A DNA stretch of 63,201 bases, counting the filler, from Klebsormidium nitens (Eukaryota; Plantae; Klebsormidiophyceae): the NCBI GenBank assembly GCA_000708835.1. It is 9 parts of 9 records of this genome, joined end to end, with 100 filler letters (N's around TTAATTAATTAA, not from the genome) between each part and the next. Parts side by side here need not be neighbours in the genome. Positions count along the whole stretch, not along the records: positions 48,866 to 53,426 come from DF238491.1; positions 53,527 to 58,448 come from DF238466.1; positions 58,549 to 63,201 come from DF238483.1; 6 more parts are not named here. The stretch is one strand, 5' to 3'. The position numbers and the translations under genes were made by a program. This document shows, piece by piece, positions 49,230-61,583 of this stretch (position 1 is its first letter; every line of letters begins with the position of its first letter). The notes beneath the pieces were generated by a model. The model did not search any database. It was not told where the DNA came from and was given only the letters and a program-made list of their open reading frames with translations.

Positions 49230-52200
49230 TTACCAGACCCTTACCAGGTTATCAGTCATGAAGGTGTCGCCAATAATATAAGTGCTGAAGACCCCTCCAT
49301 TCACGATCCCAGGCATGACATATCGGCCGGTCGCGTTACGGAAGTTAAGATTTAAGTACGACTTGGGCCGCGCAACCGTTGTGGTGCCTTGCAACTCAAA
49401 CGTCAGAATGGGAAAACGCGCATAGACCTCCTCATCGCTGAATGTCATGAACGCTGCATGTCGGAAAAAATGAACGTCAGCGGATCTTCAAGCTAGACAA
49501 CATACGGGATTCGTTGATCGTAGCATCTGCTAGCGTACCTTGGGTAAAACTATGTGACCTAGTAGAGCCTAATTACTAGCATGGATTAGATGTCAACGTA
49601 TGTACCCTTCTACCAAGGTAGAAAATTGAAGTTTTTGGCTAGAACGTTACTCGCCCGTCAACCTCCGAGTATGGTCAAATGAGATGTTCCTTTCGTATCA
49701 AGCCTTTCATACGATTCCTGTGGATGAGTCGTAGTGCGGAAACTGGTATGTGCTTCAAACCTACGTGGAGCTTCGAGTCTGTGAAGCAGTGCGGTGGGCC
49801 ATTTACAAGAAAAAGTCCACAAGCCCAAGTGGGCAGCATATTAGTGGCAAAATTGTGGGTTTGAGTAACTTCAAGTTGAAGTGCTTTCGTCACCTCGTAC
49901 TGACGACGTCGCACGCACTTGAGAGGGTTTCATCATCGGCAGACGTTACCAATGTCCGACGCCTTGTAAACGTGGCAGAAATGTTCACAAGGGGGACATA
50001 CTACTGCCTAATCGCATACAGTAGCTTAGAAACTGATTCACTGGCAGTTGCAATTCTTACATTGACTCTTCAAGTGACGTGTGCAAATACGAGCAGATTA
50101 GAGTAGCGTGCTTACGAGGATTGCAGCCCGAGGTAAGGCTGCAAAAGCAGATTAAGAAACAACTGAGTGAGCTACTAATTGGTGATCAATTTGATCCAGA
50201 TTTATTGCACGCGAGACTGCACCATTACTGATAGTCACGTCACCCAGAACCTACGGAGGCCTGAGAGGCCAGAACGCTTTTCACCACAAGCGCCTTCTGA
50301 TCTGTCAGTAGTACCCAATCGACTACACCGTTCACGTGACTGGTCATGGGGCATCAATGTCAACCTTAGCCTTGTCTCTCTGCCGAACTAGGTAGGAAGA
50401 AGGCCAATCTCATCAAATTGGACTGGAAAACGGACCATAGACTTTCCGGATGGTAATGTTGACGCAGCTGACCACGAATTCAAACGGCGGTATTATAAGA
50501 ACAGAGGCAGCTGCTCCTCTAGGTGACCTACAAGATGGTGCGTACACACTCTCTTCTGATCGACAAACGACACGTATTCAAACAAAGCGCCCTGAATATA
50601 TATTGCAGTCCACTATATCTGGAATCAAACAGCGTGACGCGATGCCGGAGGGCAGCTGCGAATGCTTTGACTTCCTGAGCAGGAAGACGTTGTGGTCTAA
50701 TGGAAAACTCTAAGCTAGCTTCTTAAGACAGCAAGCACACTTCTGGAAACCGCCGAAGTGTGGCTACAGTCAAATCGAGTTGATCGAAGATGGACGCACG
50801 CACAGCAGATTCGGTCACTCCAATGGTTCAGCAATCAAACAGTGACTTATGACACGTTCTGGCTCCTACTGGATGTCTTTGGTCACGCTGGGATGTGTAA
50901 GTGGTCACTTATGCGCAAGAAAGAAAGTAAGAGGCGCGCATGTCTCACTCGATATAAGATCGGCCTGGATTCCGCGTCGAAGGGAAAGAGTTGGAGCACC
51001 CGACTGCGGCCATCACGGCAGAGAACATACTGTTGTAAAGGTTCGTGGGTACATACGTCAAGGTGGTACCTGTACAAGAAAATGAGGAAGTTCATCTTTT
51101 CTCCTGTCCACCTCGATATGCAATTGCTGGGGACATAAGCAAGGAAACTCTTGCTGAATATATGCAGGGTTGACCATCAAGCGAGAAGGACTCAATAGAT
51201 TAAGGTGATCAACAACCTTCTTTGTCCTAGCTGCATCACTCTTTCTGGGGCCAAAAAGTCTTCTGGCCATCACGGTGTTCCTGGCCGTATGTGCAAACCA
51301 GACCAGGTGTCCCTGTTCTAGAACCAAGCCAGAGATCGATCGCACCCAGTTCACAAGTTCTAAGCCTGATTTGTTGAGACCTGACCTGAATCCACGATCC
51401 AGTCATTGGACCCTGACGCTAGCGCCGCAGCGGCTCCGTTGATGGGCTTGCCATCGAGCAAGACATCCACTGGTTTTGGGATAAGGAAAAGCACGTTGGG
51501 GTTTCTCTGCAGGGGGGTCGTGTAGGTAACGCCGCTGGGCTGAGTGGGGGCCCCCCCGAGATAGAGTGTCCCGCCTTTGTTGTAACCAGAGGCCAGGCAC
51601 AAGGCAAAAGTGGAAGAAGTCACCGCGCCAGCCTGGAATAATGCACACGATCGCTTTAGTTCAAGGCGATTGGAATGAAGTGGTTTGCATGGCCCTGCAC
51701 TGCCTAGCTTCGAGTTTTCAAAGAGTCGGTCTTCAGCTTTTCAACTACTGCCAATCTTGTCTGGCAGCAACCTGAGGTGCTGAAAAGATTGATCCGTATT
51801 TTCGTCCAGTCAAAGATTATGTCACAGATTTAACCTAGGGGAACTTCTTTTTCATTTATTGCAGGAGGCTAAGCAAGAACTGCCTGCCAGTGGGTCCCTC
51901 AAAGATACATTTACAAGACAACTTGTCTTTCTATGACTCTGTGCATTGTGCGAATGACATTGTGCAACGCAAGTCGCGCGACCAGCCTACCACCTCATGC
52001 TTTGATCAACATTGTCAAATTGACCTGTTTCAGTATGAGCCCTGCAATAATCAGCTATCTCAATCACCAGATTCTCGTCAGACTTTATCGCAAATGCAAA
52101 GACGAACCTTCAGCCTGCGGCCTTGCTGAGGTCAGCATTACCAGCCTCATTCGTCATCCAAGAAGTGCACCTTGGGAGTCTCAAATCCAATACTAAAGGT

Positions 52201-52996
52201 ATGTCTGAATGAGCTGAACTCTGAATGAGAATGTGGAAGATTGAGGACTCACCGCCTTCAATTGGAACGGCAAGCTGGTGTCGGTTGGCCCAAATCCAAA
52301 CAGACCCGCTGTTCCATCAAATTGTGACTCATACGTTGTGATCCCAAGGGAGATTGGCGTACTCCCAGACGATAGAGAACCCACGGAAACCACGTCCTTC
52401 ACATACCGGCCAGCAGCATCGCCGGCCCCAAATTGAATCTTAAACTGGCACGTGTTGGCAGGGGAAATGGACGTTATGTTCTTGCACCCAGTTGCTCCGA
52501 TTCCCCCCGACGCGCACGCAGCACATGAGGAGATTGTGGCCGCTGTGCTTGATAGAGCGGGGTTGTAGATCGTGTTTGTAAATGGGCAATCGGAGGGGCC
52601 CCCATTGAATGGGCTGCAGTTAGAGCAGGTTATGCAATCTGGCCCCTGGACAAAGTTGACGTGGCTGCCGGTGTCGACGACCACTGGCAACGTAACCGGT
52701 GGGCTGCCAACGCCCACATTTACCACGAAAGTCCCAAGAGGGCCAAAACCCCCGTCCAGGTCCACAGGCGTTGCGGCAAAGTTTTGAGGGCCGTTCGCGC
52801 TTCCAGCATTGAGGAAACTGTCGAAGTAGGCTGCCCTGGCCCAGGTCTGCGCGACAGCCTCGTCCACCGTGAAGGACCGCTGCGTGACAGGTGTCGTGAT
52901 GAGCTGGGCGGAAGCTGGGGAAAGCTCACGGGAGCAGGCGGCGAGGAAAATAATCAACAGGGCCAGCTGCTTGCAGGCGCAAAGAGGCGCCGCCAT
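49230..52996 (-). CDS. Secreted pepsin-like (A1) aspartic protease, multi-exon; 3' end approximate
   Basis: Signal peptide; VVVDTGSH; second catalytic DS|GTTLTY spliced from 51380 to an exon at about 51071-50947; FALCL, GGTLYLGG, IIGDTFM. Confidence 0.9.
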
Positions 52997-55439
52997 GTTC
53001 CCTGATACAACTGCTGGCGCCAATGCAAGCTATTAATGTGTGTTGGAAAGTGCGTCGTAAGGAAGTACCTAAGCTGATCATGCAACCACTGCCGCTGTGA
53101 TACACATAGCAGTCGCATCAGATCGGCCTGCAGTAAAGATGTCGCAGAGTTCTGATCTTGCGTGAACTCTAAATTGAAGGATTTGAGCATGCGGGCGCTC
53201 GTGGTGCCTATGTCCTGCTTATACTGTGTAGCCTACTTATCATATCTAGCTTATATACGCGCTGGTCACATACTTCACGTTACCGCCGTGTCGTACTACG
53301 TCGTACAGCGCAGGAGCTCAGTGCTTCAGGCTAGCTGTGATCTCCCTTCATTCAGAAACGGTGCTGCGAACCAGCACGCCTTGACGGCATTGTCAGGGTC
53401 TTGGGGATTGTGAGGCTGTACGTCAGNNNNNNNNNNNNNNNNNNNNNNNNNNNNNNNNNNNNNNNNNNNNTTAATTAATTAANNNNNNNNNNNNNNNNNN
53501 NNNNNNNNNNNNNNNNNNNNNNNNNNGCAAACGTCGTATTTGGTTTTGGCATTATCATCGTCGCATGTGTTTATTGGTATGTCAGATTGCCTGCGATGCA
53601 ACAACGAGGCCCTCGTTTTGGTTTTGATCCTTCCGAGTCGAACGACGCCATGATTGTGTAGCGCGCTAATATAGTATCGATCGAGGACCGGTGTTTGCGG
53701 TCGGGCCGGCTCCTGGGGGCCGGTGTTTGCGGTCGGGCCGGCTCCCGGGTTGGCTCAAGTTCTTATCTGGGCTTACCGGTGCATTCGCAAGTTCGAGCGG
53801 TGTCGCAATCTCGGCAATTCCCGACCGGCCGCCGGGCCGGCTGAAGCACCTGACAGGCTTGAATGCGGCCAGCCGGCCTCGCGTCTGCCGCGGCTGGGGC
53901 CCGGCTGGGGGTCGGTTCTATTTTGTCGTACCGTACGGTACGATATTATCGGGATCATCATGATCATCAGAAGGCTGAAGCCGGCGGCCGGCTCGGGCGT
54001 CGGAGCTTCAGATCTTTAATGCGCGCCGGGTTTTACCGGTCGGCCCATTGAAGCGGCGTTACCTGAAGACCGGTACCCGATGTTGCCCGACTGCCAAAAC
54101 AGCCTCTATTGACCTCGGTCTGTGTTTGAAGGGTAAGTTTGGAGTGTGGCTCACCGGCCTGAACTAGTAGGCAGGATTGAATCCGTTTTAAGTTGACGTG
54201 CCTTAACGCTTTTTTGTACACCAACATCAGACCCGGCTTGTGTAATGTTACTCCTCTGAGTTTCATATCAATTGCAAACGCCCGTAGCTGTTTGCCTCCG
54301 AATCCCTTGACTATAGACAGCATTTCTTCAACAGTTTTACCGGAAGGATATGCCATGTCGACTGCAAGAGAAAAATAAAGATTTGTAGTGACACGCGCCG
54401 CGGTAATACGGCCGGCGGCACCCGCCCCGACCTGTAAGAGGGACCCATCACGTGTACACCATATTTCTACTCTATTGCAACATTTCTGGGGTCAATCTGT
54501 TGAATGGCTTACCACCGACACTGTGCCGACAGCCTCCCCACATCAAATCATTTAGCACGTCTTCGGTTCCGCACGAGGGCAGCCTATGCTGTTTTAAGGC
54601 TTTCCGGGTCATTTTTTTACAAGTTGATCTATGGGCTGCTTGGCCTTGCAAGCGGCGGCCGGCTGCCAGCCCTATCGTTGGAGCGTGGTGTAATAAGCAC
54701 TCACCTCTTCAAATGCCGCGCCACTGTAATCTGCTTTCGGTGCCCTATAAAAGCGTGCCACAGGCCCAACAAGCGCCTTGCATAAAGACAGCTGATGTTC
54801 CCCGTGCCGGTGTTCGGTAGATCACCATTCAGAATATGGCTGTGGAGCACGTTGGTTGCTATTGTAAAGCTCGCGGAGTGATACTAATGTGAGCCGCCGC
54901 CATGGCGCCAAAGCAGAAAAGCAAATTTCCGTCCTGCTTAGCCTTCAAATATTGAGAATGTGTTAGCTTTGCATCTTCATTGGAGAGATAGATCAAAACG
55001 CGGCTACTTCACCTCGCATGCGTCGGAGAATAGGGCTGGCAGGCTGTGCACCAATGCACCACTATATGCGCATTCGCAATACTAAGCCGGCCGGCCGGCC
55101 GGCGCCGCGCGATGCGGCGGTAGTACTCAGTATAGCAGCACCAGTAGTAGCACCAGTACTGTAACAGTGTAGCCTATCACGTACCAGTGCAGTGTGTACC
55201 AGCCGGTACCGGCGCGACGGTTCGCATTCCCGCTCGAGCCGGCCGGCCGGCAATTTTGATCGACTCGAAAACCGTACATCTGCAGACCCTGGGTCCCTTT
55301 GATACGACCCGCAACCCTATGAGCCGGCACCTTTCCTATGAGCCGGCACCTTTCGGACACCTTTGATTAGTTTCCACCACCTACCCTTGTATGCAATTTG
55401 CTTGTCATAGGGCTGAGGCACTCAAATGCTCTCCCGGCA

Positions 55440-55590
55440 CGCCGGCCTACTCCGGGGTTATTTTTTCCACTCCGGGGTTACTTTTCAGTCCGGGGTTACT
55501 GTCCACTCCGGGGTCCCTTTTTTACTTCGCAATTGTTTCGTATACTCCCTTTTTTACTTCGCAATTGTTTCGTATACTCGATTTCTTATT
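55440..55590. repeat. Clustered short repeats (CTCCGGGGTTA x about 4; TTTTTACTTCGCAATTGTTTCGTATACTC x2)
   Basis: Read directly; resembles DNA-transposon subterminal repeats. Confidence 0.75.
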
Positions 55591-56330
55591 TGTGATACGA
55601 CGTTCGCAAGTTCAGTGCCGTGGGAATACGGCTGGTTGTCCCGGCGGTACCGCGCAGCACAATTAGGCCTTTTGGTATACCCTCGCTACCTTTTGGTCCC
55701 AGATTTACGACCCCCGTTGCGGTATTAAATCGCCCGCAATAGGAAAATCTAGCCGGGTGCGCCCCGAAGCTGCCGTCCTCAAAGACCAACCATATTCTCC
55801 CGGCGGGTGCCTCAGTGCTTGTCGGGCCTCTGGCGCGCGCCCACTCGCGCCCGCGGGTGCCTCAGTCCCGGTCAGCCCTTTGGCGCTGGCGCGCCCGCTC
55901 GCGCGACAAAACAATTATTAATATTTTAAAAACATAAAAACCAAAACAAATAAGGTAAAAAAACGGCGTTTGCCACTGCTCAGTTGCTTGCAGTCATGCG
56001 GAGTAAAAACATACAAACGAGCTTCGTGAATTGGCTCTTTGTAGGGTAAGAATTGATACGCCCTCACGAATAACAAAATCAAAAAAGGGTTGATCCATGT
56101 TACAGAGGCGTTTGAGTACTGCATATAAAAATCAAGCTCCAATTGCCGATTCAATAATACGGCCCATATTGGAATAGCGAAGTCAAGCAATAGAGATCGC
56201 CAACCCAACAATGATTTTACTATCACTATCCAAAATTAGCAAGCAGCACTTTTGTAAGGATAATTAAAACCATTCATTAACAGCGCACGCGTCACGAATA
56301 AACTTTAAATCATTATTATCATTATCATCA

Positions 56331-56860
56331 CCGCGCTGTGGGAGGCATGAGCGCATATGAAGCGGCCCAGGTTTTCGCTCGAGAGCATTCCGAGCGATCC
56401 AAGCCGATTCGTGGGTCCCTCTAGACCTATATGCAATACATGCAAGGTTTGGTGAGCTCGAAATTGGAAACAAAGGGTCCCAGGTGCGGTTGTGTTGCGG
56501 CATGTGCGCATTCTGCGCAAGCTCGCGGTGGGAGGCATGAGCGCATATAAAGCGCCCCAGGTTTTGTCTCGAGGGGGTTCCGAGCGATCCAAGCCGATTC
56601 GTGGGTCCCACTAGATCCATATGCAATAGTTACAAGGTTTGGGGAGCTCGAAGTTGGAAACAGAGGGTCCCAGGTGCGGCTGTGACGCGACATAGGCGCG
56701 TTTTGCGCTAGCTTGCGGAGTGAGGCATGAGCGCATATGAAGCGCCCCAGGTATTGTCTCGAGGGGTTTCCGAGCGATCCAAGCCGATTCGTGGGTCCCT
56801 CTAGGTCCCTATATGCAATACTTGCAAGGTTTGGTGTTCTCGAAGTTGGAAATAGAGGAC
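56331..56860. repeat. 190-bp tandem array, about 3 copies
   Basis: GAGGCATGAGCGCATA at about 56342, 56532 and 56722; CCGAGCGATCCAAGCCGATTCGTGGGTCCC in each unit. Confidence 0.92.
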
Positions 56861-56999
56861 ACCCGGCGAAGCCTCCATTTGTCGAAGGGTCAATTTGCCT
56901 TATAGAGCGTCTACGTGGGGGCGCATAGGGAAAAGGGGTCTATGAAGACCGCTACTATGCCTTTTATTCGGTCTCGAGGTTCCATATGAGGACCCTTTG

Positions 57000-58264
57000 G
57001 ACCCTTTCATACGACACGGAGGACCTCCAAACCTTGGTTTGCCTGTGTAATAAGCGAACAGCTGCCGTATTCACCAGCAAGTCGTCTGTGGACGGATTCG
57101 CGCCGCTGGTGTATTCACAACTGTTCAACGGGCCACTCCGGTACCAAGCCGGATCTTCAGCCGTATTCCCCTGCAGAGTACGTAGAACGTCCGCAAATGT
57201 TCCAGGTGTCTGCTGGTGAATATGGCAGAAGTTCCAAGTGGGCCGCCGAAGCAACCGAGAACTCTAGTTGGGGTGCTTATTTCAACGGTTTGAGGCTTCC
57301 AAGAAAAAGGAAAGGCCTACGTGCGGATTCCTATTAGGACCTTTCGGCCACTCTTTATTGGGCCTATCGTCGGTGTAATTACAACTGTTCGGACCCGGGG
57401 CGAGTTCAGCAGCAAACGGCCCACCGGATGTTCGAGTTCCGCCTCGGGGAGCGGCTGCGCCAAACGCAGGAGGAGGCGGCCAAGCGAGAGGCCACAAAGG
57501 CGGCCAAAGCCAAAGCCGCCGGAAAGAAGAAGGTGTCAGGGCCCAGGGGGCTGGGCCTCGAAGGGCCATCTAGGCAGCGACGGAGGAAGCGGCGCGGGGG
57601 TCAGCAGCTGGCAAGAGCGCAGCCCTGCCGGTGACAACATCGGCGGGCCCGAGCACGTCAACGCCAAGCGTCACGCCCCCAGCCCCAAGCGCCCCGACAT
57701 TGGCACACGTGGTGTTGGTGCCTCCGCGCGCGCCAACGGTCCCGCCTCCGCCTATGGCGGCTGAGCTGGGGCGGACGGCGGTGGTTCAAGTTGGAGGCCT
57801 CAGTGTCAGCTGGAACAGGGCTATCAGCCAGGCTGCCCGGAGAGCCAGCCGGGCAGTGATCCAGCACCTCCTCCCACCGGCCCTGCAGGGTGCCAACATC
57901 GAAGGCGTCATGGCCGGGTACATGTACGCAGAGATGGTCATCCGGCCACCGGGTGTGTCTACACCGCCCCTGCCGGAGCTGGGAAAGAACCAAGAGGAGA
58001 GCGAGGAGGACGGGCAGTGCCAGCAGAGCCCCGGGCCCTGGCAAGGATGAGCACCCGCAGCGCGAGCAACCCCGACGGGATGATACCGAAGGGGGCGGGG
58101 GCGGAAGGGGCCCACCACCAGCGGCAGCCACGGGCAGACCTGCTGGGGGGGCAGTAGCCCAATATCCCAGGCGTCCCGGGGCGGGGGCCAGGGGGGCAAG
58201 GACACAAGGGGGAGGGGCGGCTCCGGCTCAGGGAGCCGGAGAGAGCGCAGCGTGGGGGCTCTAA
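57000..58264 (+). pseudogene. Decayed GC-rich low-complexity ORF(s), unknown family
   Basis: Overlapping A/K/P-rich frames joined by frameshifts; no recognisable domain. Confidence 0.3.
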
Positions 58265-59809
58265 GCCACTACCCGGGCGGTCGAGCGGCCTACACGCCAC
58301 CCGGGAACCACTCAGGGGTGGTACATACAGGGGTGGTACATATACCACGTGGGTTGGTATAGGACCGCCGGTCCCGTCAGGCTGTGAGTCCCCGGTCACT
58401 AATTCAGCGCAACATCGCCTGCAGACACAGCCAATTCAGCTGCCCGGTNNNNNNNNNNNNNNNNNNNNNNNNNNNNNNNNNNNNNNNNNNNNTTAATTAA
58501 TTAANNNNNNNNNNNNNNNNNNNNNNNNNNNNNNNNNNNNNNNNNNNNGCACATGTGAAGTAGACAGGCAGCGTGTGAATCCTGTCCAACCGTCACAGCT
58601 TGGAGCGCAAATTTAGCGGACAACAAGGATTTTAGCACCAAAAAAAAGACTTTCGGCATTCTGTGGAAGAGAAATTTCTGAAAGTCACCCATGAAGTTCC
58701 TTGAGTGGAATCAGCGGGATTCATGTCCAATGTCTTTTGCACGGAACTTTTTGTCCGTTGCACATTCACATGATCGGAATGTAACCAAATAGAGGGAAAC
58801 ATCTGACCGCGATCAGGGTTGCCCTGACCCCAATATTGGCCCAGCCGTACTACCTCCCCAGGTCGGCGACATCTGCAGATAGTGCAGAATTCCAGGCGCG
58901 TCAGAACAACTTTGGTAGCCCCTGGTAAGGGCTGTGGTGACCATTTCCTTGCGCAGGCTGCACCTTGGTGCAAGTGGTGGGCCAGAAGAGGACTTTATAC
59001 AACATGCTGACATGTCCATTTGCCATCCGCAAAGTGAGGTTGATGCCTGCACGATCAAATTGTTTCTTAATGGATCAAGTGTAATCTTCACCCAGGCCAC
59101 TAGAGGGAAAAGTGCATTGAAAGGAGAACAGCACGCAATGTCAGCACATTCTGGCTGACATCCTAGAATGTCAGCCTTCAAAGTGGATTCGAAAAGGAGT
59201 GTGGTATTCTGAAATGACTTGACAATGCAGGTAAAGGTATCAAACATGCAACTTCGAATGGGTGACCAAATGATTGTGATCATAGGGACCCTCCTGAAAG
59301 TCTGGGCATTTATTAAAGGAGTAATTCTAATTTTCCGAACTGTCCTTCGATTCTAAATCTACATAGATACACATCATCTAACAGGATCAGTGACCATAAG
59401 CATGGGTCTTCAACGTACCCTGGTTTTGTTGGCAGGCAACTTTGAGGTTCTACTGAATGGAAGCATTTAGGATGAGGAATGATGACTTGCAGTTAACACG
59501 TGAGCTGATTGGTGAAATCACGGGCAGTGTGCCACTGGAGAATTCTCTTCTGAATCTGCCTTTCTAGGAAATCAAACATGAGCGCCCAACTGTCTCAAGG
59601 CTGTAAAGGATCTTACAACTCAGAAAGGCTTGGAAAGCCACCAAATCAAACCCACCTGGACTAATTCAGCCGACCCCATCTAGGAGCATTGAAAGGAAAT
59701 GTAAATAAAGGAAACGTGATCCTTCGCAGCGTTCCCCTAGACCAGATTTGGGAAGGTCTGCAGCTATTTGGTCTGCACAGCTCCAAACACTGTTGATATA
59801 TTAGGCAGT

Positions 59810-60050
59810 GGCTACCTCCATACTCAATGACTCGCCTTCTGTCTGGGAGTTTTCCTAAAGCAGCATGGAAAAAAGCCTTGGTCCCAGGACTTGAAAATTG
59901 GCTAAGATACAGGCCTCTTAGCCTACTGCTGCTCTTGTTTGTGTGGGTAGGTTTGAGTCCTAAACCTGGCCATGACAACGCTGAAGTGGTGTCTAGTAAG
60001 AAGAGAAAAGTCAAGATGCCGCCTCTCCATTTCTGGCTCGCATTAGCCAT
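59810..60050 (-). CDS. Possible first exon of an unknown secreted protein
   Basis: MANASQKWRGGILTFLFLLDTTSALSWP signal-like start and a candidate GT donor after VIEYG; downstream exons not identified. Confidence 0.3.
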
Positions 60051-60587
60051 GGCACTGTGCACGCTTCATTGAAGGCACCGCGCGTGAGTGTCGTGGTTCA
60101 AGTTCACGATAGGTATTAGAGCGTATCAAGGTGATTGAATGAGGGTCCACGGAATCAGATCTTAAGATTCCCAATGAAATCAGACGGGTATCCGCGAACC
60201 TCTTTTCCTGTTGAGATATTTTGGAGTAGCCAAAGATTTTGCATACGTGTTCGAAGATTGTTGGATGCCTAGGATTTTTTTATTGCGTTCCTTATCGAGA
60301 ATCTCGAAGATCGGAATTTAGACACCTGGCTATACATTGCACCAGCAATCTAGATTCTAACACGTGAAGGACAACAATCCACTCATTCGGCACTATATTT
60401 CGAGAGGTTTTCTTGATACGGACCGTGAGTCTGGGTTGGCGTATGAACATCACCATATCGTTTTTTGAGCGATACCGAATAGATTAGGTCACCGCATTGC
60501 GTAGATCACAGGCGAGCAACGGAGCAGAACTAGTGTGTGGCCTCGTAAGCACAGCTCAAGCGACTTGATAAGGATTTTTGTAGGGCT

Positions 60588-61583
60588 TTGACTGCTGTTC
60601 TTCCTCTACTGTTGTCTTCCAAGCAATGCTGGGCGGCAGTAAGCGCCTGTTCAGGTCCGCCCAACGAAAGTAGAAGCAAGCCAGTCTCGACGGAAATGCC
60701 CCCTTTTTGCGAGCAGGCTGCTCACCAAGGAATCTCAAGAGGTGGAGGCTGTCTCGCGTTGAACTTGTACGAGCAGGCTGCAGCCAAGGGTGATCCAACT
60801 GGTCTCAACAACTTGGGCGTTTGTTATGGGAAAGCTTTGTTGGGCATGGGACATGACCCTCAACGAGCCTTGGCATTGTTCCAGCTGGCCGCCGAATCTG
60901 GTGATGCAAGAGGCAATAGCAACTTAGGCATCTGCTACGAGCATGGAATTGGCGTGAAGAAGGACCAAAAGAGGGCTGTGAGGTTCTACCGGCAAGCTGG
61001 TATATTAGGCTTTGTCAACCTAGGCGTCTGTTATGAAAGAGGCCAGTGTGTGGTACAAGACACAAAGCGAACTGCTGAGCTGTATCAGCAAGCCGCTATG
61101 TCTGGCGATGTAATGAGCACCGTTAATCTAGGTGTCTGCTATCAGCTGGGGTCCGGTGTAGTCAAGGACCTCAGGAAGGCCCTGGAACTATTTTCAGATG
61201 CAGCAATGAAGGGCGACCCAGATGGGCAGGTCAACTTGGGCAGCCTATATCATCATGGTTGCGGAGCCAGAAGGAACCTCCGAACGGCTGTGGAATTTTA
61301 CACACTGGCTGCGAACCAAGACAATGCTCGTGGACAATGTTGCCTGGAATACTACTACCAACATGGATTGGGCGTGTCTGAAGATGTGTCAAAGGCAGTG
61401 CTTTTGTACTTAGAATCTGCTAGAAGGGGGCATGCCAGAGGCCAGGTGCTAGCAGGCCAATGCTATTCTTTGGGGCTGGGTGTTGAGATGGACATTGCAA
61501 AGGCTTTGGACATGTATCAGCAGGCAGCACGGCAGGGAGACGCATGGGGACAGTTGTTTTTAGCACATTTCTACAGGTATTAG
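60588..61583 (+). CDS. Intronless Sel1-like repeat protein (about 7 repeats); likely ATG at 60696
   Basis: Repeating A..GD..gq.NLG.cY..G.GV.kD..kA..ly..AA units. Confidence 0.88.
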   Translation: MTAVLPLLLSSKQCWAAVSACSGPPNESRSKPVSTEMPPFCEQAAHQGISRGGGCLALNLYEQAAAKGDPTGLNNLGVCYGKALLGMGHDPQRALALFQLAAESGDARGNSNLGICYEHGIGVKKDQKRAVRFYRQAGILGFVNLGVCYERGQCVVQDTKRTAELYQQAAMSGDVMSTVNLGVCYQLGSGVVKDLRKALELFSDAAMKGDPDGQVNLGSLYHHGCGARRNLRTAVEFYTLAANQDNARGQCCLEYYYQHGLGVSEDVSKAVLLYLESARRGHARGQVLAGQCYSLGLGVEMDIAKALDMYQQAARQGDAWGQLFLAHFYRY

